The notes under the pieces were generated by a model. The model saw only the letters and a list, made by a program, of their open reading frames with translations. It searched no databases and was not told the DNA's origin. A DNA stretch of 64,000 bases from a virus. Position numbers and translations under genes: made by a program. Shown here in pieces: positions 1 through 9,443 of the stretch; the first letter of the stretch is position 1, and each line of letters starts with the position of its first letter. The stretch spans positions 6,633 through 70,632 of IMG/VR virus record IMGVR_UViG_3300023274_000002; one strand, given 5' to 3'.

Positions 1-829
1 CCCGGCGCTGCACGCTGATCAGCTCGCCCCGCGGGCTGTAGGCCGACGCGCCGTCGCCACCGCGGACCAGCGGGATCGAGGGGTCGCGGACCGCGGGGAT
101 CCGGAGCACCTTCCACTCGCCGGGCTCGCCCTTGAGCAGTTTGCCGGCCAGGTCGTCGGCGTGCCAGCGGGTCAACATCAGCACGACGCGGGCGCGGCTG
201 GACAACCGGGTCGCCGAGTCGGACTCCCACCAGTCCCACGCCCGCTTGCGGTACGTCGGCGATTCGGCCTCGGCCCGGCCGTGCAGCGGGTCGTCGATCA
301 CGAGCAGATCAACGGGCTCGCCGGTGATGCCCCCCTGCACGCCCACACTCAGCACCCGGCCGCCGGCCGTGGTCTCGAAGTTGCTCATCGACTTCGAGCC
401 GTACTGGAGCTGGATGCCGAACTCCGGGTGCTGCTCGATCATCCGGTGGATCCACTTCCCCCACCGCTCGGCCTTCTCCGCCGAGTACGAGACGATGGCG
501 ATCCGCAACGTCGGGTCCTGCGCGAGCATCCACAGCGGGAACCAGCACGAGGTGCGGGTGCTCTTGCCCTCCTGCGGCGGGACGAAAATCATCTGTCGGC
601 CGGTGGCGCCCGGAGCGCTGGCGAGATCCACCAAGGCCTCGTCGATGGCGTCCAGCGCGGGAGTCTGGCGGGTGCGCGGCTCGTAGGCCTTGGCAAGCGC
701 GCCCGGGGTCGGGTAGCGCTCGCGGAACTCAGACCGACTCAGCGCCGCCGTCTGGACGCGGACCTGCTTGTACTGCTCCAGCTTGGCTATCAGGGATGCC
801 AGTTCGGCGTCGGAACTCGTCGATAGCAT
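1..829 (-). CDS. terL: terminase large subunit, N-terminal ATPase part (truncated by window edge)
   Basis: Manual translation (not in ORF track): Walker A-like MIFVPPQEGKS, GITGEPVDLLVIDDP (Walker B), VVLMLTRWHADDL; start codon uncertain. Confidence 0.9.
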   Translation of the reverse strand, partial: MLSTSSDAELASLIAKLEQYKQVRVQTAALSRSEFRERYPTPGALAKAYEPRTRQTPALDAIDEALVDLASAPGATGRQMIFVPPQEGKSTRTSCWFPLWMLAQDPTLRIAIVSYSAEKAERWGKWIHRMIEQHPEFGIQLQYGSKSMSNFETTAGGRVLSVGVQGGITGEPVDLLVIDDPLHGRAEAESPTYRKRAWDWWESDSATRLSSRARVVLMLTRWHADDLAGKLLKGEPGEWKVLRIPAVRDPSIPLVRGGDGASAYSPRGELISVQRR

Positions 830-1241
830 CGCGGAGAAGTCGATCGACATCCGACTCTCCGATCTCCACCTTGACGGGAGCGTTCTCGCCGCGGAGCTCA
901 CTGATCTGCCGGATGATCAGACGCGCCTCACGCATCATTTTCTCGTCGCCGTCCATCGCCCGGGGCATCGCGGCGGTGAGCAGGGCTTCGAGCCGGTCGA
1001 GGCTTTCCTGTACGTAGAGGTCGGTCTCGCGGTAGGCGAGCGTCTGGCGTTCCTTCATCAACGCCTTCACCGCGTTGTAGGCGTTCGACCGGTTGGCGTA
1101 GCCCGCGCCCTCGGCGACTTCGTCCCAGGTCTTGCCCAGGCGGCGAAGCTTCAGAGCCTCGAGCCGCATGCGGTAGCTCTCGGCCTTCTGGTCCGGTCCA
1201 CCTATCATCGGGCACACCTCTCTAGCGCGGAATTCTGGCAC
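729..1241 (-). CDS. terminase small subunit (HTH)
   Basis: ALKLRRLGKTWDEVAEGAGYANRSNAY HTH, directly upstream of and overlapping terL; real start may be internal. Confidence 0.75.
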   Translation of the reverse strand: MPEFRAREVCPMIGGPDQKAESYRMRLEALKLRRLGKTWDEVAEGAGYANRSNAYNAVKALMKERQTLAYRETDLYVQESLDRLEALLTAAMPRAMDGDEKMMREARLIIRQISELRGENAPVKVEIGESDVDRLLRDAIDEFRRRTGIPDSQAGAVQAGPRPDGGAESV

Positions 1242-1297
1242 ACGCTGCGATCATCCGCCAACAGCCTCCTGTTCACCGACCGAACCGGAGCGGCAAC

Positions 1298-1507
1298 TCA
1301 CTCGCTGGAGTCACGCGTGATGTTCGCGCCGAAGATGATCACGAACTCGGCCGCTGCCATCGCCCGAGCCTCGGCGTCGGTGTAGCCCTGGCTGAGGAAA
1401 TAGGCGCGCTGACCGGCCAGCCACTCATGGAACGGCTCCACCTGCTCGGTCAGCGACATCAACATGCTGCGCGTCTGCTGCCGGACGTCGGGCATCTCCG
1501 TACTCAT
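1298..1507 (-). CDS. hypothetical protein
   Basis: SD-like AGGAGGCAGG before ATG, ATGA-type coupling to upstream gene. Confidence 0.6.
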   Translation of the reverse strand: MSTEMPDVRQQTRSMLMSLTEQVEPFHEWLAGQRAYFLSQGYTDAEARAMAAAEFVIIFGANITRDSSE

Positions 1508-1701
1508 CCTGCCTCCTGCTCTCGTACCCACTCGGCATGCGCGAGCATGACGGCCTCGACCGGGTAGAGCGCGGCGCGGCGGCCACGGCGCCCGTACTGC
1601 GCCCCGACCGCCGCCACGTTCTTGAGCCGGCGAGCCAGCTCCCTGCGAGGAATGGGCGGCCGCATCGCCTCGGCCGCCTCGGTGATGGTCAGTCCACGCA
1701 T
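1504..1701 (-). CDS. small HTH DNA-binding protein
   Basis: LTITEAAEAM...RRELARRL...RAALYPVEAV, excisionase/MerR-like pattern. Confidence 0.55.
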   Translation of the reverse strand: MRGLTITEAAEAMRPPIPRRELARRLKNVAAVGAQYGRRGRRAALYPVEAVMLAHAEWVREQEAG

Positions 1702-1806
1702 GAGGGATGATGAATCGCGTACGAGAAGGGGGGCGGATTCGTGGCGTCGTGGTGGGCCAAGCAATGGAGTGACCAGCACTTTCTCCGCACGCTCCTGATC
1801 TCCTTC

Positions 1807-2433
1807 CTACTCCTTGCGGGATTCGTTGCCGTCGCCGTTCTCGGGATGACGGGCATTCTTCCCTGAGGCCGTCGCAGGGGTAGCCCCCTCACCCAGTTCG
1901 CCGATGCCGTGCAGCGCGGTGGTCGCGCCGGACATGCCGTCCGGGCCGAAGCGGGCCTCAACCTCGCCCACCTCGGCGACGCCGAACCAGGTCCGGCCCC
2001 CCTCGACGATCCGGACGGTGACCCGCTCCTGGTTCGGGCCGATCTTGATCCGGCCCTGCGTGGCCTGACCCACCAGTCCCTCGACCTCGACCGTCCACGT
2101 CCGGCTGACCGTGAAGTGGTGCACGCCGCTGTCGTCCACGCGCCCGGGGTCGATCTTCTCGTTGCAGATGCGGCAGTGATAGTCGATCTCGTCGTACCCC
2201 TCGCCACCGCAAACGCCACCGCACGTGCCGTCGCAGGGCACGTGACGGGTCACGGTGACCAGCGTCGGATAGGTGCCGCCGCGGGCCCACGCGTGGAAGT
2301 GGCCGACCGCGTCCACCGTGCTCCACTGCGGATCCGGCTTGGTCGCGTTGTCGGTCTCCACGTCGATCGACAGCCTGCCCGTTGCCGGCTCACCGTTGTC
2401 GACGATGACCTGGACCCCCTCGACCGTGGTCAC
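1807..2433 (-). CDS. hypothetical protein with Cys motifs
   Basis: GTG start coupled to previous stop; CDGTCGGVC and CRIC motifs. Confidence 0.55.
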   Translation of the reverse strand: MTTVEGVQVIVDNGEPATGRLSIDVETDNATKPDPQWSTVDAVGHFHAWARGGTYPTLVTVTRHVPCDGTCGGVCGGEGYDEIDYHCRICNEKIDPGRVDDSGVHHFTVSRTWTVEVEGLVGQATQGRIKIGPNQERVTVRIVEGGRTWFGVAEVGEVEARFGPDGMSGATTALHGIGELGEGATPATASGKNARHPENGDGNESRKE

Positions 2434-2663
2434 GGCAGTCTCGCCTCGATCGCGGCGATGCGCTCGGCGATAGCTTCGAACACCTCGACGCTCATCGTGT
2501 CGCTCACGGGCTGACCGAGGATCAGGCACGCCCGGGCCAGCCTCAGCGCCCTGTCGTACTCCATCACCCCGTTCGTCCGGGTCAGGATCACCGTACCGTT
2601 GCCTGCGGGCAGCGACGCCTCGTCCAGGGCCGCACGGACTTCGTCATCTGTTGGTCGCGGCAT
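2430..2663 (-). CDS. hypothetical protein
   Basis: Packed minus-strand operon, GC3-rich codons. Confidence 0.5.
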   Translation of the reverse strand: MPRPTDDEVRAALDEASLPAGNGTVILTRTNGVMEYDRALRLARACLILGQPVSDTMSVEVFEAIAERIAAIEARLP

Positions 2664-2665
2664 GA

Positions 2666-2893
2666 TCACCCCCACATCGCCCGGAGGGTGGCCACGGCCT
2701 TGTCGTAGCCGGCCGGTCGGCGAACGCTGGCGACCTTGACCACCTCCCACATGCCCAGATCCGTATCACCGAGGCGGAGCGGGAGGAGCGGTCGCTTTCC
2801 GGGGGCGGTGCCCATGTGCTCAGTGAGGAACTGCGCGGCGAAGTCCGGCGGCACCTCTACCTCGATCGCGGGCACGTCTTTGCTGTTCGCCAT
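2666..2893 (-). CDS. hypothetical protein
   Basis: GAGGT SD before ATG, operon packing. Confidence 0.5.
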   Translation of the reverse strand: MANSKDVPAIEVEVPPDFAAQFLTEHMGTAPGKRPLLPLRLGDTDLGMWEVVKVASVRRPAGYDKAVATLRAMWG

Positions 2894-2895
2894 GG

Positions 2896-4221
2896 TCACG
2901 ACCTCGGGAAGCGGGGGAAAGTGGCCGAGGCGGAACGGTACTGCTCGGCGACCATGACCGCGGCGGCGTAGTCGTAGGCCTGGCTCCAGCTCGCCGTGTA
3001 CTCGGGCTTCCACGCGGAACCCGCGGCGGCCACCAGCGTGCGGAAGAGGATCGTCTTGACCGTGGCGTACTCCTCCCACGTCGCGCCCTGGACGCTGCCG
3101 TCGGGGCGGATGAACGCAGCGTGCGAGCGGCCGAACGCCTTGAGCGCGGTGTCCAGTCGGCCCATCTTGTCCTCGTCGGCAGGATCGTAGAGCTCCGACA
3201 GCGCGATCAGCGCCTTGAGCAACTTGTCCCGCTGACCCCTGATCTTGTCCGCCGTGAGCAGGTCGGAGGGGAACAGTCCGGCCAGGGCGGGCGCCAGACT
3301 CAGCAGCTCGGCGTAGAACGCCTGGACGATCGGGTCACCGGAGTCGCCGACCAGCGCGATCGACGCGCGCAGGTGGTCGCTGATGCTCGGCATGTAGCCC
3401 ATCCCCTCGCAGTGCGGGCATGGTTCCCGCTCGACTCGGACCAACGGTGCGGGCACCTTGGCCGCCGCCATCACCGGCTCGCCGGCCAGGATGTTGCGGC
3501 CTGGCTGCGGGCCAGCCAGCACGAATTCCCCGCGCTCGCCGGCAGCGATGTCCCGAAGGGCGCGGCCGTGATCGTCGGTCAGGCGAGGATAGTCGTCGTC
3601 ATCGATCGGGATGTCCCCCCGGTGGAATGGGCCGGCCGGGATCGGCGACGGATCGGCGGGGCTGATCGGCGCGTTCAGCGGGTCGGCGATCAGGCGGGGA
3701 TCGGTCTGCATGAGGGACTGAAGCCGACGGCTCTCCTCACCCGGCTCGTGGGCGTCGGCGTACCGGTCCGGTTCGCCGTCGTCCTCGCCGGCCTGCGTCT
3801 CCACGGTGACCTTCTCGCCGTCGCGCTGGACGCTGACCACGTCGCTCAGTTCGGTCGCGCCAGGCGGGTAAGAGCTCTCGGGCACCTCGGGCAGCTTGTC
3901 GCCCGGCGTGGCCCATCGCTCGGGGATCTCGCCATGGGCTCGCGAGTCCGCGATCACGCGTTCCGCCGCAGCCCGGTCGGCGGCCTGCCGGTCGTCCGCG
4001 CTCATCACCCAGTTGTCGCCGCCGGCCGGCATGTCATCCGGCCGGCTCGGATTCGGATCGGTCATGGTCGTCTCCTGCTTTCGTCTCCGGAACATCCTCT
4101 GCATCCTGTAGATCAGTTCGAACAGGCCGAACATCACGGCCAGTATCAGAACGAGCATCCCGAGCGCCCACGGGTTGTCTCGCATCGGATCATTCCACAG
4201 GTCGTGCCACCAAGCGCTCAC
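2896..4221 (-). CDS. globin-domain protein (acidic low-complexity N-term, CxxC, C-terminal globin); alternative start at 4065
   Basis: LRASIALV..IVQAFYAELLSLAPALAGLFP..QRDKLLKAL..FGRSH (proximal His)..Y..V..LFRTL..G.AWKPE..SWSQAY resembles flavohemoglobin-type globin domains; AGGAG SD before ATG at 4065. Confidence 0.8.
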   Translation of the reverse strand: MSAWWHDLWNDPMRDNPWALGMLVLILAVMFGLFELIYRMQRMFRRRKQETTMTDPNPSRPDDMPAGGDNWVMSADDRQAADRAAAERVIADSRAHGEIPERWATPGDKLPEVPESSYPPGATELSDVVSVQRDGEKVTVETQAGEDDGEPDRYADAHEPGEESRRLQSLMQTDPRLIADPLNAPISPADPSPIPAGPFHRGDIPIDDDDYPRLTDDHGRALRDIAAGERGEFVLAGPQPGRNILAGEPVMAAAKVPAPLVRVEREPCPHCEGMGYMPSISDHLRASIALVGDSGDPIVQAFYAELLSLAPALAGLFPSDLLTADKIRGQRDKLLKALIALSELYDPADEDKMGRLDTALKAFGRSHAAFIRPDGSVQGATWEEYATVKTILFRTLVAAAGSAWKPEYTASWSQAYDYAAAVMVAEQYRSASATFPRFPRS

Positions 4222-4457
4222 CCCTGCGACCTCCCGTGCACGATGAAGCCGGCCACCACTCGGGTCGGCTCGATCGGCATAGGTAGGTCGTACTCGCGGG
4301 CCAGTCGCGCCAGCTCGGTCAGTTCGTCGGCGGCCCGGCGGCGTGCAGCCTCAGCCCGGTGCACTCGACGATCAAACTCGCGGTCGCTCATGTTGCGCGC
4401 CGGGCGACCGCCCGCCACCCGCACCGCGTTCGCCATCCGGTTCAGGATCTCGTTCAC
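4218..4457 (-). CDS. hypothetical protein
   Basis: GTG start overlapping previous stop. Confidence 0.5.
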   Translation of the reverse strand: MNEILNRMANAVRVAGGRPARNMSDREFDRRVHRAEAARRRAADELTELARLAREYDLPMPIEPTRVVAGFIVHGRSQG

Positions 4458-4891
4458 GTCGCCCCCAGTTCCCGGCGCCACTTCTTGCTCCAGCGTGCCG
4501 CATGGTAGAGGTCTTGGAACATGGGCGCCTCGTCGGTCTTCGGCGTGCCGTCGGTGCGCCACAGGCGGTAGGCCGTGGCGTATCGGCCGTTGAGGAAGCC
4601 GAGGCCGTAGGACTGCCAGCCGCGGTAGGCCACCGACCGCTCCAGCACGTCGAAGCCGCTCCACACATCGCGGGGCAAGGTCCGCAGGATCTCATCGACG
4701 ACAGCGAACGGGCCGGCCGCCGCGTAGTCCTCGATCGCGTCCAGCAGCACATGCACCCGCCCGTGAGCGTTCGCGCACATGCCCAGCGTCTGCGCGTCCC
4801 CACCGCCGCGCGGGCGCGGCCGGACGTGGTGCTCTTCGATCGGCACCGGCTCGTCGTGCTCGCGGTGCACGAGACACTCCCGGCCGAGCAT
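4454..4891 (-). CDS. HNH endonuclease-like protein
   Basis: CLVH..EEHHVRPRPRGG..LGMCANAHGRVH. Confidence 0.65.
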   Translation of the reverse strand: MLGRECLVHREHDEPVPIEEHHVRPRPRGGGDAQTLGMCANAHGRVHVLLDAIEDYAAAGPFAVVDEILRTLPRDVWSGFDVLERSVAYRGWQSYGLGFLNGRYATAYRLWRTDGTPKTDEAPMFQDLYHAARWSKKWRRELGAT

Positions 4892-5052
4892 CACGGCCCG
4901 ACCAGCGAGATGAGGTAGACGATCAGCATTGCCACGCCGGCCACCATGGCGATCAGGCTGATTCCAGCGACGCCGAGCAGCAGCGCGATCGCGGTCCGAC
5001 GAATGATCCACACGAGCACCTCCCCACCTACGTCGGACGGTACCCGCCGACC

Positions 5053-5409
5053 TCATGTCCGGTGGCGGCATTCACTCGCTTCGTGGCCCATCGGCCCGCC
5101 GCGCAGGTCGCCGCAGTTCGTGCAGTGCGGGTTGCGGCGCCGATCCACCTCGAGCCACGGCGTGACCACCTGCCATGCACCATCGACCCAGGCGCGGCAG
5201 TGACTCGCGCAGTCGTCGGCCGCCTCCATGGTCGGGTCGCGGTCGCCGCACGCCACCAGCTCGTAGCGCTCCTCCGACGGGCCCCACGCGATCACCGACC
5301 ATCCGAGATGCCGGCACTCGGCGTGCGGGCACGGTCCGAGCACCGGGAGCGGTCCGGTGCTCTTGAACCACTTCACCTCACCCGGCGCGTCGACGTGCAC
5401 TTCAGCCAT
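5053..5409 (-). CDS. Cys-rich hypothetical protein
   Basis: Several CxxC/CxH motifs, operon packing. Confidence 0.5.
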   Translation of the reverse strand: MAEVHVDAPGEVKWFKSTGPLPVLGPCPHAECRHLGWSVIAWGPSEERYELVACGDRDPTMEAADDCASHCRAWVDGAWQVVTPWLEVDRRRNPHCTNCGDLRGGPMGHEASECRHRT

Positions 5410-5412
5410 GGA

Positions 5413-5826
5413 TCACTCGTCTCCGCCGCCAGTACCGCGCGACCACTCGGGGTGCGAAGCGAGGAACGCGATCACGTCCTCGTTGATGCACTCGCCCGTG
5501 TCGGCGGCGTAGATGGTGCCGATGTAGCGGACCAGCGACCGCCGTTCATCCGGCTCCGGGTTGGTGTTCTTCTCGGTGACCACGACGAACGGCCAGCGAA
5601 TCTTGTGGGCCCGGGCGCGCTCCTCGACCTCGCTCATCGCCAAGTCGAGGAACTTGGCGGACTCGGCGTATCCGGCCTTGCCACGCTCCGGGGCGAAGCA
5701 TCCCTTCAGCCTGATCGGCGCCTCGTCCCACGTGCCGCGGCCCAGATCGGAGATGAGCAGGACCGTGTCCCCGTCGTCGCCGCGCGCCCGCAGCTTGTCA
5801 GACCGCCGTGCCCGGTTGTCCCACAT
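5413..5826 (-). CDS. thermonuclease (SNase-like) family protein
   Basis: DGDTV..DLG..IRLKGCFAPE..G..SAKFL..RYIG. Confidence 0.65.
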   Translation of the reverse strand: MWDNRARRSDKLRARGDDGDTVLLISDLGRGTWDEAPIRLKGCFAPERGKAGYAESAKFLDLAMSEVEERARAHKIRWPFVVVTEKNTNPEPDERRSLVRYIGTIYAADTGECINEDVIAFLASHPEWSRGTGGGDE

Positions 5827-6307
5827 CGGCTTTCCCCTCTGCATCGTCCAGCTCGACGGCATCGCGCAAGGGCACGCCGGCCTCCCGCTGCTTCTTGGCC
5901 ACCCCGCCAAGCACCATCAGGGCAAGGTTGACCGCGTCCACCGGCCGCAACTTCTCGGTGTCTTCCAGGCTGCGCAGCGCGGCGTACGCCTCGGGCATCA
6001 GAACCGCTGTCATCTCGATGTTGCCGTTGGGCAGCATCCGGAAGTCGCTCACGGCTGCATTCTTCCTTCGGCCTGCGGGTTGCAGCATCGCGTGTACGTG
6101 GTCGCCGCCGAAAAACGGCGCATGGCCGTTCACGATGCCCTCCCCCGCCAGCCGGTCGAAAAGGTCGGCCCGGATCACCATCGGCACGCCGCATGCCGTG
6201 ACCGGCTCGCCGCTGATCAGCGCAATGACCAGTCCGGTCCCGTCACACTCCCATCCCTTGTCCTTGCCGAACAGAGACGGGAGCCTCGCTCCGCATTCCT
6301 GCGTCAC
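5798..6307 (-). CDS. hypothetical protein
   Basis: ORF in coupled operon. Confidence 0.5.
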   Translation of the reverse strand: MTQECGARLPSLFGKDKGWECDGTGLVIALISGEPVTACGVPMVIRADLFDRLAGEGIVNGHAPFFGGDHVHAMLQPAGRRKNAAVSDFRMLPNGNIEMTAVLMPEAYAALRSLEDTEKLRPVDAVNLALMVLGGVAKKQREAGVPLRDAVELDDAEGKADVGQPGTAV

Positions 6308-6657
6308 GACCGACCCCCGATCGCGCGGCGGCCCTCGATCTCGCCGGCCGGCTCGGTGGCCCAGTCCGGCCGCGGGGCGTGACGCTCGTTCGCGACCAGC
6401 ATGCCCTCCATGCTGAAGCGCACGACGGTCAGGCCTAGGGTGCGCACTACTCGGTCCGAGGCGAACAGGTCAGTCTCGTCGCGCTCCATCTCGACCGTGC
6501 CGAACGATCCGGTCATCTGCCAGCTCATGAACTGGTTGGGCGCGAACTCAACCACCACGCCGGCCCGGCCGCGGAACATGCTGCCGTGCGGCGAGATCGG
6601 CTCGGCCGACCACATCCGCTCACTGCCGTAGCCCCACGACATGCGTTCGTTGCTCAC
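6304..6657 (-). CDS. hypothetical protein
   Basis: GGAGGG SD, GTGA coupling. Confidence 0.55.
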   Translation of the reverse strand: MSNERMSWGYGSERMWSAEPISPHGSMFRGRAGVVVEFAPNQFMSWQMTGSFGTVEMERDETDLFASDRVVRTLGLTVVRFSMEGMLVANERHAPRPDWATEPAGEIEGRRAIGGRS

Positions 6658-6881
6658 TGCGTCGTCCCCTCCTTCGGCACTAGCGTGCCCTCGGCAGGCG
6701 GCACGTACTCCAGTTCTTCACGAGCCACGACATGCACGCGCCAGAGTTGGCGCTCACGTGTGTCCACGGATACCCAGGTGATCGCCTCGGACTCGGAGGC
6801 GAACAGTCGCATCAGCGGATCATCAGCCCGCTTGCCCACAATCAGCTCGGCAATCCGCTGGAGGTTCGGATCCCAGTCCAT
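6654..6881 (-). CDS. hypothetical protein
   Basis: TGATG coupling. Confidence 0.5.
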   Translation of the reverse strand: MDWDPNLQRIAELIVGKRADDPLMRLFASESEAITWVSVDTRERQLWRVHVVAREELEYVPPAEGTLVPKEGTTQ

Positions 6882-7105
6882 CACGCGCCGTCCCGCTCGG
6901 CGATGGCTTGGCGCAGATAGCACGCCAGATCCAGCGCCTCCTCGTACGCATCACGCAGAGCGTCCCGGCCGTTGTGCGGCTGGAGCGGGGTGCCGTATCG
7001 GGCGATGCCGATCTTTTTGCGGACGGCCAGATCGGACATCACCATGTCCTGAACGCTCTGCCGGTCGCTAGCCACCGGGTCCGGTTGTTCCTCGTCGAGC
7101 TTCAC
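6881..7105 (-). CDS. small conserved phage protein, possibly all-helical NTP-pyrophosphatase-like
   Basis: RKKIGIARYGTPLQPHNGRDALRDAYEEALDLACYL. Confidence 0.55.
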   Translation of the reverse strand: MKLDEEQPDPVASDRQSVQDMVMSDLAVRKKIGIARYGTPLQPHNGRDALRDAYEEALDLACYLRQAIAERDGA

Positions 7106-7485
7106 GCGCCGCCGCCCATCATCGTCTCGATCTCTCGGTTCAGTTGATCCCCGTGCACCCCGGGCATCCACATTCGCCGCTGGAGCGAGCGCAGCGCACG
7201 CCGCTTCGTCCATCCGGTGCCACAGCGTCGGCGGTACTCACCGGCGGGGAACTCCGTCGGCTCGGCGAGGTAGCCGTTGAAGGTGTTCTTCAGGGCCCGC
7301 CAGTCACGATCGCGGACGTGCCGGCCGATCGTCTTCGGGATGTAGCTCAGTGACGTGCGTGCCCGCTTCAGACGCCACAGGGGCGAGGGTGCGCCGACGG
7401 ACGCCGGGAACTTCCGCGCGGTCAGGATGTGCCAGGTGTGGATCAACTGCTTGAGCACGCCGACCGGATACACGTCCACCGTCAT
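7102..7485 (-). CDS. hypothetical protein
   Basis: Coupled ORF flanked by a 15-bp direct repeat. Confidence 0.5.
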   Translation of the reverse strand: MTVDVYPVGVLKQLIHTWHILTARKFPASVGAPSPLWRLKRARTSLSYIPKTIGRHVRDRDWRALKNTFNGYLAEPTEFPAGEYRRRCGTGWTKRRALRSLQRRMWMPGVHGDQLNREIETMMGGGA

Positions 7486-8111
7486 GCGCCGCCGCCCATC
7501 GTCGTGCCGTCTCCGAAGATGAGACGCTCCTCGCCGGTCATGCGGCCCGGTTCCATGCGCGCCCGCGTGGGATTGCCGTCCGCATCTTTGCAACCGGGGA
7601 AGAAGCACCTCACCTCGCCCTTGCGCTTGAGCATACGCAGGCCGTAGGTACCGCAGTAGGGACACGCGAGCCGCCGGTCGGCGATGCGCGGGAGGTCCAC
7701 CCACGGCTCGTCCTCGTCGATCGCCGGCACCGACTGCGCGGCCGCAATCCAGCGCTCGAGCTCGCTGGTCGCCCACCGCAGCGGGGTGTCCGAGACGCTC
7801 GGCGCCATGTTGCGCACGATGGCCAGCGCCTCGGCGCCGTAGACGTCCTTGAACAGGGGCAGGTGCAGCCCGGCCGCCGAGCGCATGCCGCGGGCCAGAT
7901 TGGCCGCGCCGAAATAGATGTCCCAGTAGGCCGACGCCGCGGCAGGGGCCCACGGCTCGCTCGACTCCGGCGCGTGCCGGCCGATGGTGCCTGTGTCCGG
8001 GCCCGAGTTCTCCGGCTCGGACAGCAGCGGCTCCAGCCGATCGAGCACCGCCTCAGCCTCGCTGATCAGCTCGTTCAGCCGTTCCATCCGGTCCGTCTCC
8101 ACGCGCGCCAT
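7482..8111 (-). CDS. zinc-ribbon protein
   Basis: CPYCG..CFFPGC C-terminal motif. Confidence 0.6.
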   Translation of the reverse strand: MARVETDRMERLNELISEAEAVLDRLEPLLSEPENSGPDTGTIGRHAPESSEPWAPAAASAYWDIYFGAANLARGMRSAAGLHLPLFKDVYGAEALAIVRNMAPSVSDTPLRWATSELERWIAAAQSVPAIDEDEPWVDLPRIADRRLACPYCGTYGLRMLKRKGEVRCFFPGCKDADGNPTRARMEPGRMTGEERLIFGDGTTMGGGA

Positions 8112-8118
8112 GCTCGGA

Positions 8119-8419
8119 TCATGGCACGTCGGGAGGATCAGGGACGATGTCCAGGTGGGGGAAGATCTCCTTCTCGACCAACTCACCTACGGCTCGCAAG
8201 TAGGCGTCACGGCCGCTCGTCTCGTAGGTGTGCATCGTGGCGACGATGTGCAGGAGTCGGTCCCGCAGTTTGGCCATCGAGTACGGCCGATCGACGCGCG
8301 GAGGCTCCGTTCCCGGATGAACCTCTTCCAGGTCGGTCGCCTCGTCACCCTCGATGCTTCAGCGCCAGCAGGTGACGCAGGTCTTCGTCGGTCAGCAGGA
8401 TGATTGCTCGTCTCCTCAT
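8119..8419 (-). pseudogene. possible frameshifted or internally deleted gene
   Basis: MRRRAIILLTDEDLRHLLAL stops at ~8345; a coding-like frame (IEGDEATDLEE..HLDIVPDPPDVP) continues in another frame. Confidence 0.3.
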
Positions 8420-8443
8420 GCCCTGATCGTGGCACGAAAAAGA

Positions 8444-8472
8444 ACCGCCCACCCCGCTAAGGGTGGGCGGTT
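8444..8472. terminator. intrinsic terminator hairpin
   Basis: AACCGCCCACCC-cgctaa-GGGTGGGCGGTT with A-run to the left (U tail on minus strand). Confidence 0.7.
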
Positions 8473-8605
8473 CTACCCGGCTCCCGCATGGACTTGCGGT
8501 GCGTTCGGGCCGCTCGCCGCGACCTGGCGTCGACCCTGCGGCGGGCCGACCGGCGAGCCTTGCCGCCCGGGTCCGGGGATCAACCGGCCCGGGCGCTCAC
8601 TCCCG

Positions 8606-8812
8606 CTAGGCGAAGAAGCGGGAAACATCGGGGCAGTAGGGGGCCTCGTCGCCACAGGTCCGGCAGATAACCGCCGTGACGTGGAACTCCGCGGCGATCC
8701 CCCGCATCTGCTCGGTGGTCATGTCCGAGTAGTCGACGGGGGTGATCACGTCGTCCGCAGCCCGATAGACGACGGTGACCGGAACAGCCTTGCGAGTGGC
8801 GGTGCGGGCCAT
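8606..8812 (-). CDS. small CxxC protein in a promoter cassette
   Basis: GGAGGG SD; downstream of promoter at 8866-8894. Confidence 0.6.
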   Translation of the reverse strand: MARTATRKAVPVTVVYRAADDVITPVDYSDMTTEQMRGIAAEFHVTAVICRTCGDEAPYCPDVSRFFA

Positions 8813-8865
8813 GTCCCCTCCAAGGGACGTGGGGCCCAGCCCTTCCGGGCCCCGGTCATGTCTCT

Positions 8866-8894
8866 ACTGTACCCCCACTAACCAGGGAACGCAA
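8866..8894 (-). promoter_or_regulatory. phage promoter TTGCGT-N17-TACAGT with GGGGG box
   Basis: Copy of the GGGGGTACAGT motif; terminator hairpin at ~8904-8931 just upstream. Confidence 0.8.
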
Positions 8895-8961
8895 GCACGA
8901 GAAAGCCCCCGGTCGTGATGGACCGGGGGCCGTTACCGTTGCCGCCGCGCGGCGTGGTAGC

Positions 8962-9183
8962 TCAGCCGAGCAGGTGATCCCAGCTTCCGGCCTTGACGTC
9001 GCCGAAGAACTGGGTGAGCTCGTCGCGGTTGTAGCGCACGCTGCCCTTGTCGGCGCCGAGCGTGCTGGTGAACAGGAACTCGTCGCCGTCGGCCTTGATG
9101 TCCACGCACGCGACGTTCGCGCACGAACCGCCACCGATTCCGCCGGGCTGGATGGGCAGCTCGTGCGGCTCCATGTTAGGCAT
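8962..9183 (-). CDS. DUF397 / BldB-like small protein
   Basis: SCANVACVDIK..ELTQFFGDVKAGSWD matches the DUF397 pattern CVEVA..EW.AF..GVKAGEFD. Confidence 0.7.
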   Translation of the reverse strand: MPNMEPHELPIQPGGIGGGSCANVACVDIKADGDEFLFTSTLGADKGSVRYNRDELTQFFGDVKAGSWDHLLG

Positions 9184-9443
9184 GTCGTCTCCTCTGATCG
9201 GGGTGTTGCGCCTACCCGAATCCTATCGACCGGTGCCGTTGATCGGAATGTGCCCGTCATTGATCGTTGCCGATATCCAGCCGTATCCGCAGGTGCACAG
9301 GTGACCCACCTTGTCGACCGTGTGCCGCCGCTCCTTGCCGCACCGGTGCGCGCCGTCCGGGAAGTGCGAGCATGGTGGTCGGCCCTCGCCGGTGGCAGCC
9401 GGGCAGGAGGCGAACGAGCTGAGTTTGCCGTAGCGCGTATCGC

